The position numbers were made by a program, and so were the translations under genes. From the NCBI GenBank assembly GCA_028826165.1, contig JAPDFW010000075.1:124001-188000 (forward strand): DNA of 64,000 bases. The letters are read 5' to 3'. Positions 33,969-46,305 of the stretch are shown here, one piece after another; within the stretch, counting starts at the first letter, position 1; each line of letters opens with the position of its first letter. Below the pieces are notes generated by a model. That model searched no databases and was not told the DNA's origin. It saw only the letters and a list, made by a program, of their open reading frames with translations. Source of the stretch: Anaeramoeba ignava BMAN (taxonomy: Eukaryota > Protista > Anaeramoebae).

Positions 33969-35786
33969 TCACTCGCGAAAATCAATAAAACGTTGTAATT
34001 TCTTTGCATAAACAGAAGCAAATTCAAATTTTGTTAAAGAAGAATGAAATTTGGTTGTTATTTGATAAATGGAAGATTTTAAAATTTCATAAACAATTTT
34101 TAAAACTTGATGTTCATTTTCATTCAAAAAAGAATTATTTTCATTTTCATTAATTTTTTCAAGATCTTCTATTGTCAACAAGGATTCAAGAAAAGAACTG
34201 AGGATTTTTGGAATGGAATTTTGAATCAAACCGAAGGAATCCTCGTCATAAGAAAAAGTGACTAAATTGGCCAAACTTTCAATAAAAAAACTAAGTTGTT
34301 GTAAGCAAAAAGAATCATTGTTTTCCGAGTTTGTTTGAGATGTTGATTTTTTGGCTGATTTTGCGAAGTATGATTTGAGGGAATCCAAAATTGGCCAATC
34401 AGGAAGTAATGAGATTAAGAAGGGGAGTTTTTTTGGGAGTTGGGGTTGCGATTGTTTCTGTTGAAATTTGCTGTATTTGGCTGATAAATAAGGATTTTGC
34501 AATTGGTTTTGAAGAGGATTTTTAAAAGAAGAGGAAAAAGGATAATCTTGCATTGATTGCTGGTATTGATGCTGGTGTTGGTATATGCGCGTGGATGTTT
34601 CTTGCGCTTGAGGCTCTTGTGGGGGTTCTTGGAGCGGGGTGTGTATTTTGAATATTCTTTTCCACAACGGCTGAAGGAAGCTGTTGAATACTTCTTGAGC
34701 GGAGTTGAAAATTTTAGCCCAAGAATCGTTAACATCATCGGCAAAAATTGCCGCGCGTCGCAATTTGGAATATCGGGAGAGATTCCATAAATCAAGCGCG
34801 GAAAGGGCTTTGTAGATTGGATATTTGCATGAAAGCCCAAAAATAAGTGTTTGATTTGGAAATGAGTTGTCAAGTTGACTTGAAAATTGCACTGGTTTTG
34901 TGAAGAAGATTTCCAGCAAACTCCAAGCAAAATTTAATGTTTGAAGCAGCGCAAATACAGCCACAAATGAGGCGATGAGGAAACGAAGAGTGAATGATGA
35001 TAGCGCTGTGATTTGAAATATTTTTCCAACGAGTAAATAACTTGAGAGTTGAGGGAAAAACAAGAGAAATAAAGAAAAAACAAAAGCAGCAATCCAAACA
35101 AACAAGCTTTGGTTTAAAGACTTGAACAAATTGCGATAAAGTTTTTGTTTGGCAATATATATTGTTTCCTTCTGAATAAGTGGGAATTCAATTAATCTTT
35201 TTTGTACCACTTCGATTTGAAACCAATAAAAAATACCAATAAAAATGGTTAAAATATTAATAAAATTGGCTTGAGTTTCAATCAAGTTTTTTTGTGAGTT
35301 GATATTTTCAACTTCTGCATTTTCGAAATTAAGAAGAAAATTCCATGATTTGCCAAGAATAAAACTGACCAACAAAATTTCAAATAAATAAAACATTTTT
35401 TTATAGTTTCCAATAAACAATTTGATTGTTGTAAAAATTCCATTTGAAAAATTTTGATTTAATTTAATTGATTTTTTTTCAAAGAAAATGAAGATGAACA
35501 AAACGCAATGGTATGTGAATATAATGAATAGAGCTTTGAAAGACATTATTCGCCTGAAGATGTTTGTTGGAGAGATTATGAAGAGGATGATTTGCTGGAA
35601 GATGATTGAAAACGAGAGTGTCCATATTGATGCATTTAGGAATGTTTTTTTTTCAGTTTGTTGTATAAAGTTGTTGAATCTTTTTTGATCTATTTCTAGT
35701 AATTTTTTTGTTTGTAAATGGCTAGGATATTGCATTATTCTTCTGCTTTGTGGTTGATGGGGATATTTTCTAGCTTTTCTCAGCAT
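33969..35786 (-). CDS. NDC1: Transmembrane nucleoporin NDC1 (TMEM48) homologue
   Basis: N-terminal TM helices, then DLWNLSRYSKLRRAAIF, ESLANLVTFSYDEDSFGLIQNSIPKIL and LKSSIYQITTKF...KKLQRFIDFRE, which match conserved NDC1 C-terminal motifs (EDRFGVVQ; AIYRITTTF; RLQQFLEFKE). Confidence 0.85.
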   Translation of the reverse strand: MLRKARKYPHQPQSRRIMQYPSHLQTKKLLEIDQKRFNNFIQQTEKKTFLNASIWTLSFSIIFQQIILFIISPTNIFRRIMSFKALFIIFTYHCVLFIFIFFEKKSIKLNQNFSNGIFTTIKLFIGNYKKMFYLFEILLVSFILGKSWNFLLNFENAEVENINSQKNLIETQANFINILTIFIGIFYWFQIEVVQKRLIEFPLIQKETIYIAKQKLYRNLFKSLNQSLFVWIAAFVFSLFLLFFPQLSSYLLVGKIFQITALSSFTLRFLIASFVAVFALLQTLNFAWSLLEIFFTKPVQFSSQLDNSFPNQTLIFGLSCKYPIYKALSALDLWNLSRYSKLRRAAIFADDVNDSWAKIFNSAQEVFNSFLQPLWKRIFKIHTPLQEPPQEPQAQETSTRIYQHQHQYQQSMQDYPFSSSFKNPLQNQLQNPYLSAKYSKFQQKQSQPQLPKKLPFLISLLPDWPILDSLKSYFAKSAKKSTSQTNSENNDSFCLQQLSFFIESLANLVTFSYDEDSFGLIQNSIPKILSSFLESLLTIEDLEKINENENNSFLNENEHQVLKIVYEILKSSIYQITTKFHSSLTKFEFASVYAKKLQRFIDFRE

Positions 35787-35889
35787 TTTTTTTATTTTTT
35801 TTTTAATGAAAAAAAATGAAAATTTAAAAAATTACAAAAATTTATTTTAAAATTTAAAAAAAGAGGAATAAAAGAAATAATAAAAAGAT

Positions 35890-38800
35890 TTTTAAATTGA
35901 TTATTAAATTGATTTGAAAAAAAGTGGAATAAATAAAAAAAAAGGAATTTCTTTTAATAATAATAATAATTGATGATGAAAATATTTGGGAATTTATTAT
36001 TAAATTTATTATTAAATTTATTATTAAATTTATTATTAAATTGATTTAAAAATTGATTAAATAAAATAAAAAATTTCTTATTAAATTGATAATAAAATGA
36101 AATTATTAAATTGATTATTAAATTGATTATTAAATTGATTGATAAATTGATTAATTAAATTGATTATTAAATTGATTATTAAATTTATTAAATTGATTAT
36201 TAAATTTATTATTAAATTGATTAGTGATTATTAAATTTTATTAAATTGATTATTAAATTTATTATTAAATTGATTATTAAATTGATTATTAAATTGATTA
36301 AAAAATTTATTAAATTTATTTTCTTTTTAATATTAAATTGATTATTAAATTGATTATTAAATTGATTTAAATATTAAATTGATTATTAAATTGATTTATT
36401 AAATTGATTATTAAATTGATTAAAAATTGATTATTAAATTATTAAATTGATTATTAAATTGATTATTAAATTGATTATTAAATTGATTATTAAATTGATT
36501 ATTAAATTGATTATTAAATTGATTATTAAATTAATTTGAAAAATTGATTAAATAAATTGATTATTAAAAAATTGAATTTTTATTATTAATAATTGATTGA
36601 TGAAAATATTTGGAAATTGATTATTAAATTGATTATTAAATTGATTATTAAATTTATTATTAAAAAATTGGAATAAATAAAAAGGAATTTCTTTTTATTA
36701 TTAATAATATTAATAAAATGATGAAAATATTATTAAATTTATTATTAAATTGATTATTAAATTGATTATTAAATTGATTATTAAATTGATTATTAAATTG
36801 ATTATTAAATTGATTATTAAATTGATTATTAAATTGATTATTAAATTAATTTGAAAAAGATGGAATAAATAAAAAAAAGAATTTTTTTAAAATTAATAAT
36901 AATTAATTGATTATTAAATTGATTATTAAATTAATTTATGGAATAAATAAATTAAATTGATTAATAAATTGATTATTAAATTGATTATTATTAAATTGAT
37001 TATTAAATTGATTATTAAATTGATTATTAAATTGATTATTAAATTTATTATTAAATTAATTTGAAAATTGAATAAATAAAAAAATTTCTTTTTAATTATT
37101 AAATATTGATTATTAAATTGATATTAAATTATTATTAAAGTGTTGTAATTGATTATTAAATTGATTATTAAATTGATAAATTAAATTGATTATTAAATTG
37201 ATTATTAAATTGATTATTAAATTAATTTGAAAAAGTGGAATAAATAAAAAAAAGGAATTTCTTTTTAATAATAATAATAAATGATGAAAAATATTTAAAA
37301 TTATTAAATTTATTATTAAATTGATTATTAAATTGATTATTAAATTGATATTAAAATTAAATTATTAAATAAATTATTAAATTGATTATTAAATTGATTA
37401 TTAAATTGATTAAAATTAAAAATTGATTATTAAATTGATTATTAAATTGATTATTTAATTGATTATTAAAATTATTAAATTATTATTAAATTGATTATTA
37501 AATTGATTATTAAATTGATTATTAAATTGATTATTAAATTGATTATTAAATTAATTTGAAAAAGTGGAATAAATAAAAAGGAATTTCTTTTTAATAATAA
37601 TTAATGAAAATATTTGGAAATTTTTAATTATTTAAATTGATTATTAAATTGATTATTAAAAAATTGATTATTAAAAATTGATTATTAAATTGATTATTAA
37701 ATTGATTATTAAATTGATTATTAAATTGATTATTAAATTGATTATTAAATTGATTATTAAATTGATTATTAAATTAATTTGAAAAAAAGTGGAATAAATA
37801 AAAAAAAAGGAATTTCTTTTTAATAATAATAATAATTGATGAAAATATTTGGAAATTGATTATTAAATTGATTATTAAATTAATTATTAAAAAGTGGAAT
37901 AAATAAAAAAAAAGGAATTTCTTTTTCAATAATAATAATTAATGAAAATATTTGGAAATTTATTATTAAATTGATTATTAAATTGATTATTAAATTGATT
38001 ATTAAATTGATTATTAAATTGATTATTAAATTGATTATTAAATTGATTATTAAATTGATTATTAAATTTATTATTTAAAATTATTAAATTGATTATTAAA
38101 TTGATTATTAAATTGATTATTAAATTGATTATTAAATTGATTATTAAATTGATTAAAATTATTATTAAATTGATTATTAAATTAATTTGAAAAAGTGGAA
38201 TAAATAAAAAGGAATTTATTTTTTAATTAATAATATTATTAAATGATGAAAATATTTGGAAATTTATTATTAAATTTATTATTAAATTGATTATTTATTA
38301 TTAAATTGATTATTAAATTGATTATTAAATTGATTAATAAAATTGATTATTAAAATTAAATTTATTAAATTTATTATTAAATTGATTATTAAATTGATTA
38401 TTAAATTGATTATTAAATTGATTATTAAATTGATTATTAAATTAATTTGAAAAAAAGTGGAATAAATAAAAAAAAAGGAATTTCTTTTTAATAATAATAA
38501 TTAATGAAAATATTTGGAAATTGATTATTAAATTGATTATTAAATTGATTATTAAATTGATTATTAAATTGATTATTAAATTGATTATTAAATTGATTAT
38601 TAAATTGATTATTAAATTGATTATTAAATTGATTATTAAATTGATTTGAAAAAGTGGAATAAATAAAAAGGAATTTTTAAATAATAATAATAATGAAAAT
38701 AAATTTTGGAAATTGATTATTAAATTGATTATTAAATTTATTATTAAATTGATTATTAAATTGATTATTAAATTGATTATTAAATTTATTATTAAATTAA

Positions 38801-39000
38801 TTATTAAATTGATTATTAAATTAATTTGAAAAAAAGTGGAATAAATAAAAAAAAAGGAATTTCTTTTTAATAATAATAATAATGAAAATATTTGGAAATT
38901 GATTATTGAATTTATTATTAAATTGATTATTAAATTAATTGTTAAATTAATTATTAAATTGATTATTAAATTAATTATTAAATTGATTATTAAATTGATT
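35890..39000. repeat. Composite satellite: (TTGATTATTAAA)n arrays interrupted by a recurring ~80-bp element
   Basis: About 12 copies of TTAATTTGAAAAAAGTGGAATAAATAAAAAAAAGGAATTTCTTTTTAATAATAAT..ATGAAAATATTTGGAAA separated by variable numbers of 12-mers. Confidence 0.9.
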
Positions 39001-39132
39001 AGAAAAAAAATAAAAAAAAACCATAATTAAAAAAAAAATTAAAAATTAAAAAAAATAAATAATTTAAAATGAAAAATAAAAAAAAAAACAAAATTAAATA
39101 ACAAAAACATAATTAAAATAAATAACTCCGTT

Positions 39133-39430
39133 GGTCAATTCTTTCTTAGGATTGTCTGTAACCGAAAGGAACGGAAACAAAACACATTGAATCATAACAG
39201 AGAAGTGATATGATGATTAGTTGGGTGTTGACGTTCTTCCTCATTGAGATCCAGGTAAACAACGGGTCTTTTTCGAAAGAATTTTTAAAGACAAGTGGTT
39301 TTTATAGATTGGGGGATCTGGTCAGGCCGGTATCACGGAGCAGCCAATACCCAACGCCTTCATCTGCAATGAGATAGTTGAGCTGAGCTTTAACTAATCA
39401 TCCTCTATTGCTTCCTTTATGAAACGTGTG
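39133..39430 (+). ncRNA. Signal recognition particle RNA (7SL/SRP RNA)
   Basis: Alu domain: helix 3 CAATTC/GGATTG, UGUAA motif (39157-39161), helix 4 CCG/CGG, complementary loops UUUCUU/AAGGAA. Helix 5 pairings GAAGTGATA/TATTGCTTC, ATGATTAGTT/AACTAATCAT and GTTGGGTGTTG/CAATACCCAAC. Helix 6 has a GAAA tetraloop. Helix 8 reads CAGG-CCG-GTATCA-CGG-AGCAG (SRP54 site). About 300 nt. Confidence 0.92.
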
Positions 39431-39449
39431 AAAAAAAAATCTTCTTTTT

Positions 39450-39485
39450 TTTATTTCATTTTTTTCATTTTTTTTCTTTTTAAAA
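39450..39485 (+). promoter_or_regulatory. Recurrent TTTTCATTTTT(T)..CTTTTYAAAA-ATG leader (Inr-like); representative copy
   Basis: The TCATTTT motif lies shortly upstream of the ATG of all RCC1-BTB genes and of the HNH, VWA, F-box and Sin3 genes. Confidence 0.55.
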
Positions 39486-41345
39486 ATGAATGAAATTATA
39501 TTTTTTGGTTTAAATGATTATCCAAAACTTATCAAAAATAAACCAGAAATAATAACAAAACCAATTCAATTTAAATTTGAAAATGAAAATGAAAATGAAA
39601 ATGAAAAACAAATTAAACAAATTTCATCAGGAATTTTTTCAACAATTTTCCTTTTTAAAAATGGAAAAGCAATAGAATACTTAGATGAAAACGAATTAAA
39701 TCAAAATCCTGAAAAAATCCAAATTGAAGAAAATATTCAAAAAGTAACTGTTGGTTTTAAAAATGAAGCTATTTTAACAATAGAAGGAAATGTATTTGCA
39801 AAAGGATATAATATTAATTCAAAAAATCCAAATCAATTTATCAATATTTCATCATTAATTGAAGATAAAAACGATAGAATAATTGAAGATATTGTTTCTG
39901 GAGATTATTCAATTTACTTATTAACTTCAAATCAAAATGTTTATGGAATTGGATTAAATCAATTTGGTCAACTTGGTTTTGATTTTAAAACACTTAAAAA
40001 AACAAAAAAACCAATTTTGATGATGAAAAATGTTTCTAAAATATTTTCAGGAAATTCTTCAAATCATGTTTTTCTTTTAAATTCAGATCAAGAATTATTT
40101 GGATGTGGTGCTAATGAATCTCGTCAACTTGGATTAGGAAAATCAATAATAAAACAAGATTGGAAAATCTATAAATTAACACAAATCCAAAATATCCCAA
40201 ATTGTAAAATAATTGATATTCAATGTGGAAAGAGGCATTCAATAATGTTGATTGAAGAAGAAGATGAAAATGAAAATCCAAAAATAATACTTTATTCATG
40301 TGGAAGTAATCAATATAATGGACTTGGCAAAAATCAAAATAGTTATGAATTTACTGAAATCAAATCATCTTTATTTGAAAATGATGATAATATTCTTGAT
40401 TTTTCTGTTGGTGAATTTCATACTTTGATTTTAACATCCAATTCAAAATTAATTGGATTTGGATATAATGATTCAGGTCAATTAGGAACTGGAGATATAA
40501 ATAATCAACCAATTCCAATTCAAATTGAACTTCCTAAATTAAGATTTAATGAAAATATTTCTAATTATCATATTTATTGTGGATTTTCCAGATCATTTCT
40601 TTATTATTCTCCTCTTTCTTTTTCCAATCTTGAAGAAGATTTGATAAAATTATTTAGAAGAAAAGAATTTTGTAATATTTCATTTAAAACAGAAAATGGA
40701 GAAATAATTGAAGCTCATAAATTAATATTGAAATATAGATTAAAAGATCAAAATCAAAATCAAAATGAAAAACTTAAAGAAATTATTTCAAAAAAATCAA
40801 TTAAAGAATCAAATCAAATATTTGAAATGATTTATTCAAACAATTCCAAAATAAATCCAAAATTATATTCTGAAATTAAAGAAATTATAAATTCAAATGA
40901 AAAAATTGAAGAAACAATGAAAAAAATTTATTTAAATGAAAATGAAAATGAAAATGAAAATGAAAAAGATTTTATAATTGAAAGAAAAGAAAAACAATAT
41001 AAATTTCCTAAATTAATATTAATAATGAGAAGTGAATTATATCGAGGAATGTTTTTATCTGTTACCAATGATACTTCAAATAAAGTTACAGATTATAGTG
41101 AATTAAGTAATAAATCATTTGAAATATTTGAATATTGGATTTATTCAAATCAAATTAAAGATGGAATTGAAATTACACAAGAAATTATTGATGAAATTCA
41201 AATTGGAATTGATTATTTTCAATTAAATCAAACAAATCCAAATTTATTTGATTTATTAATTAGGAAATTTAATAATCAAAAACAAAAAGAAACAAAGAAA
41301 AAGAAAAAAAGAAAGAGTAAAAAAGAAAATTGTTTAATATTTTAA
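39486..41345 (+). CDS. RCC1 + tandem BTB protein with a polybasic CaaX tail (array C)
   Basis: Intact ORF ending KKKKKRKSKKENCLIF-stop. Confidence 0.9.
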   Translation: MNEIIFFGLNDYPKLIKNKPEIITKPIQFKFENENENENEKQIKQISSGIFSTIFLFKNGKAIEYLDENELNQNPEKIQIEENIQKVTVGFKNEAILTIEGNVFAKGYNINSKNPNQFINISSLIEDKNDRIIEDIVSGDYSIYLLTSNQNVYGIGLNQFGQLGFDFKTLKKTKKPILMMKNVSKIFSGNSSNHVFLLNSDQELFGCGANESRQLGLGKSIIKQDWKIYKLTQIQNIPNCKIIDIQCGKRHSIMLIEEEDENENPKIILYSCGSNQYNGLGKNQNSYEFTEIKSSLFENDDNILDFSVGEFHTLILTSNSKLIGFGYNDSGQLGTGDINNQPIPIQIELPKLRFNENISNYHIYCGFSRSFLYYSPLSFSNLEEDLIKLFRRKEFCNISFKTENGEIIEAHKLILKYRLKDQNQNQNEKLKEIISKKSIKESNQIFEMIYSNNSKINPKLYSEIKEIINSNEKIEETMKKIYLNENENENENEKDFIIERKEKQYKFPKLILIMRSELYRGMFLSVTNDTSNKVTDYSELSNKSFEIFEYWIYSNQIKDGIEITQEIIDEIQIGIDYFQLNQTNPNLFDLLIRKFNNQKQKETKKKKKRKSKKENCLIF

Positions 41346-41616
41346 AAAAGAATAAAAAAGTGGAATTGAGAATTAAATGATTAATTTTATTAAAATTAAA
41401 ATTAAAATTAAAATCAAAATTAAAATTAAAATTAAAATTAAAAATTAAAATTAAAATTAAAATTAAAATTAAAATTAAAATTAAAATTAAAATTAAAATT
41501 AAAATTAAAATTATAATTAAAATTAAAATTAAAATTATAATTAAAATTAAAATTAAAATCAAAATTAAAATAAAAATTTCATTTTTTCATTTTTTTCATT
41601 TTTTTTCTTTTTAAAA

Positions 41617-43441
41617 ATGAATGAAATTATATTTTTTGGTTTAAATGATTATCCAAAACTTATCAAAAATAAACCAGATAAAATAACAAAACCAATTCAA
41701 TTTAAATTTGAAAATGAAAATGAAAATGAAAATGAAAATGAAAATGAAAAACAAATTAAACAAATTTCAACAGGAATTTTTTCAACAATTTTCCTTTTTG
41801 AAAATGGAAAAGCAATAGAATATTTAGATGAAAAATTCAAAACAAAATCCTTCAAAAATCCAAATTGAAGAAAATATTCAAAAAGTAACTGTTGGTCGTT
41901 ATAATGAAGCTATTTTAACAATAGAAGGAAATGTATTTGCCAAAGGAAAAGATATTAATCCAAATAATTCAAAAGAATTTATCAATATTTCATCATTAAT
42001 TGAAGATAAAAATGATAGAATAATTCAAGATATTGTTTCTGGAGCTAATTCAATTTATTTATTAACTTCAAATCAAAATGCTTATGGAATTGGATTAAAT
42101 GAAGATGGTCAACTTGGTTTTGATTTTAAAACACTTTATAAAACAGAAAAACCAATTTTAATGATGAAAAATGTTTCTAAAATATTTTCAGGAAATACTT
42201 CAAATCATGTTATTCTTTTAAATTCAAATCAAGAATTATTTGGATGTGGTGGTAATTTATTTGGTCAACTTGGATTAGGAGAATCAATAAAAGATTGGCG
42301 AATCCAAAAAATAACTCAAATCCAAAATATTCCAAAAGGCAAAATAATTGATATTCAATGTGGAGAAACTTTTTCAATAATGCTGATTGAAAATGAAGAT
42401 GAAAATGAAAATCCAAAAAGAAAACTTTATTCATGTGGAAGTAATCAATATAATGGACTTGGAAAAGATGAAGATGAAAATACTTATGAATTTACTGAAA
42501 TCAAATCATCTTTATTTGAAAATGATGATGATAATATTCTTGATTTTTCTGTTGGAAGACAACATACTTTGATTTTAACATCCAATTCAAAATTAATAGT
42601 ATTTGGAAGTAATTCTTATGGTGAATTAGGAACTGGAGATAGAATAAATGATCAAAGAATTCCATTTCAAATTGAAATTCCTGAATTAAGATTTAATGAA
42701 GATATTTCCAATTATCATGTTTCTTGTGGTGGCCACAAATCATTTATTTATTATTCTCCTTCTTCTTTTTCCAATCTTGAAGAAGATTTGATAAAATTAT
42801 TTGAAAGAAAAGAATTTTGTGATATTTCATTTAAAACCGAAAATGGAGAAATAATTGAAGCTCATAAATTAATATTGAAATATAGATTAAATCAAAATCA
42901 AAATCAAAATCAAAATCAAATTGAAAAACTTCAAGAAATTATTTCAAAAAAATCAATTAAAGAATCAAATCAAATATTTGAAATGATTTATTCAAATAAT
43001 TCCAAAATAAATCCAAAATTATATTCTGAAATTAAAGAAATTATAAATTCAAATGAAAAAATTGAAGAAACAATGAAAAGAATTTATTTAAATGAAAATG
43101 AAAATGAAAATGAAAAAGATTTTATAATTGAAAGAAAAGAAAAACAATATAAATTTCCAAAATTAATATTAATAATGAGAAGTGAATTATATCGAGGAAT
43201 GTTTTTATCTGTAACAGAAGATAAATCAAATAAAGTTACAGATTATAGTGAATTAAGTAATAAATCATTTCAAATATTTGAATATTGGATTTATTCAAAT
43301 CAAATTAAAGATGAAATTCAAATTACACAAGAAATAATTAAAGAAATTCAAAGAGGAATTGATTATTTTCAATTAAATCAAACAAATCCAAATTTATTTG
43401 ATTTATTAATTAACAAATTTAATAATCAAAATCAAAATTAA
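41617..43441 (+). CDS. RCC1 + tandem BTB protein (array C), one frameshift near 41830
   Basis: ORFs 41617-41868 and 41828-43441 join across an A-run indel. Confidence 0.85.
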
Positions 43442-43788
43442 AATTAAAATTAAAATTAAAATCAAAATTAATAATTAAAATTAAAATTAAAATCAAAATT
43501 AAAATTTAAATTAAAATCAAAATTAAAATTAAAATTAAAATTAAAATTAAAATCAAAATCAAAATTAAAATTAAAATTAAAATTAAAATTAAAATTAAAA
43601 TTAAAATCAAAATTAAAATTAAAATTAAAATTAAAATCAAAATTAAAATTAAAATTAAAATTAAAATTAAAATTAAAATTAAAAATTAAAATTTAAATTA
43701 ATAAAATTAAAATTAAAATTAAAATTAAAATTAAAATTATTTTTTCATTGTTTTTAAATTCATTTTTTTCATTTTTTTTCTTTTAAAA

Positions 43789-45574
43789 ATGAATGAAATT
43801 ATATTTTTTGGTGAAAATCAAAATCCAAAACTTATCAAAAATGAACCAGAAATAATAATAAAACCAATTCAATTTAAATTTGAAAATGAAAATGAAAATG
43901 AAAATGAAAATGAAAAACAAATTAAACAAATTGCAACAGGTTATTTATCAACAATTTTCCTTTTTAAAAATGGAAAAGCAATAGAATACTTAAATGAAAA
44001 AGATTCAAAACAAAATCCTTCAAAAATCCAAATTGAAGAAAATATTCAAAAAGTAACTGTTGGTTATCAAAATGAAGCTATTTTAACAAAAGAAGGAAAT
44101 GTATTTGCCAAAGGATATAATATTAATCCAAAAAATCCAAAAGAATTTATCAATATTTCATCATTAATTGAAGATATAAACGATAGAATAATTCAAGATA
44201 ATGTTTCTGGAGCTAATTCAATTTATTTATTAACTTCAAATCAAAATGCTTATGGAATTGGTTCAAATGAATATGGTCAACTTGGTTTTGATTCTGAAAC
44301 ACTTCAAAAAACAGAAAAACCAATTTTAATGATGAAAAATGTTTCTAAAATATTTTCAGGAAATTCTTCATTTAATGTTTTTCTTTTAAATTCAAATCAA
44401 GAATTATTTGTATGCGGAAATAATGAATTTGAACAACTTGGATTAGGAGAATCAATAACAGAACAAGAAGAAACAAAAATCCATAAATTAACCAAAATCC
44501 AAAATATTCCAAAAGGCAAAATAATTGATATTCAATCTGGAAGTGCTCATTCAATAATGTTGATTGAAAATGAAAATCAAAATGAAAATCCAAAAAGAAA
44601 ACTTTATTCATGTGGAAATTATTTTGTCAATGGACTTGGCAATTATCGAGAAGATACTTATGAATTTACTGAAATCAAATCATCTTTATTTGAAAATGAT
44701 GATAATATTCTTGATTTTTCTGTTGGAAATTCTCATACTTTGATTTTAACATCCAATTCAAAATTAATTGGATTTGGATATAATGATTCAGGTCAATTAG
44801 GAATTGGAGATACAAATAATCAATTAATTCCAATTCAAATTGAACTTCCTAAATTAAGATTTAATGAAAATATTCCTAATTACCATATTTATTGTGGATT
44901 TTCCAGATCATTTCTTTATTATTCTCCTCTTTCTTTTTCCAATCTTGAAGAAGATTTGATAAAAATATTTAGAAGAAAAGAATTTTGTAATATTTCATTT
45001 AAAACCAAAAATGGAGAAATAATTGAAGCTCATAAATTAATATTGAAATATAGATTAAAAGATGAAAATCAAATTGATAAACTTCAAGAAATTATTTCAA
45101 AAATCAATTAAAGAATCAAATCAAATATTTGAAATGATTTATTCAAATAATTCCAAAATAAATCCAAAATTATATTCTGAAATTAAAGAAATTATAAATT
45201 CAAATGAAAAAATTGAAGAAACAATGAAAAGAATTTATTTAAATGAAAATGAAAAAGATTTTATTATTGAAAGAAAAGAAAAGAAATATAAATTTCCAAA
45301 ATTAATATTAATAATGAGAAGTGAATTATATCGAGGAATGTTTTTATCTGTAACAGAAGATAAATCAAATAAAGTTACAGATTATAGTGAATTAAGTAAT
45401 AAATCATTTGAAATATTTGAATATTGGATTTATTCAAATCAAATTAAAGATGAAATTGAAATTACAAAAGAAATAATTGATGAAATTCAAATTGGAATTG
45501 ATTATTTTCAATTAAATCAAACAAATCCAAATTTATTTGATTTATTAATTAACAAATTTAATAATCAGAATTAA
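43789..45574 (+). CDS. RCC1 + tandem BTB protein (array C), one frameshift near 45100
   Basis: ORFs 43789-45111 and 45062-45574 join; the A-run in ISKKS is shortened. Confidence 0.85.
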
Positions 45575-46255
45575 AATTAAAATTAAAATTAAAATCAAAA
45601 TCAAAATTAAATTTAATAATCAAAATCAAAATTAAAATTAAAATTAAAATTAAAATTAAAATCAAAATTAAAATTAAAATCAAAATTAAAATTAAAATTA
45701 AAAATCAAAATTAAAATTAAAATCAAAATTAAAATTAAAAATTAATAATAAAAATTAAAATTAAAATTAAAATTAAAATTAAAATTAAAATTAAAATTAA
45801 AATTAAAATTAAAATTAAAATTAAAATTAAAATTAAAATTAAAATTAAAATTAAAATTAAAATTAAAATTAAAATTAAAATTAAAATCAAAATTAAAATT
45901 AAAATTAAAATTAAATTTAAAAATAATAAAAATCAAAATTAAAATTAAAATTAAAATCAAAAATTAAAATAAAATTAAAATTAAAATTAAAATTAAAATT
46001 AATAAATAAAAATTAAAATTAATAATAAAAATTAAAATTAAAATTAATAATAAAAATTAAAATTAAAATTAATAATAAAAATTAAAATTAAAATCAAAAT
46101 CAAAATCAAAATTAAAATTAAAATTAAAATTAAAATTAAAATTAAAATTAAAATTAAAATTAAAATTAAAATTAAAATTAAAATTAAAATTAAAATTAAA
46201 ATTAAAATTAAAATTAAAATTAAAATTAAAATTAAAATTAAAATTAAAATTAAAA
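45575..46255 (+). repeat. (AAAATT)n microsatellite spacer
   Basis: Directly visible; begins at the stop codon of the upstream gene. Confidence 0.95.
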
Positions 46256-46305
46256 TCACCATCATGAAAAAAAAAATTATTTTTTTCATTTTTTTCTTTT
46301 CAAAA

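Noticed and set aside
35890-39000. CRISPR-like array
   Set aside because: The intervening sequences are 12-mer satellite runs, not unique spacers; no cas genes; eukaryotic context.
1320-45110. Programmed ribosomal frameshifting in ChAPs, F-box 3, VWA, kinase and RCC1 copies
   Set aside because: The indels checked fall in A/T homopolymers at positions where paralogues are intact, typical of long-read consensus errors.
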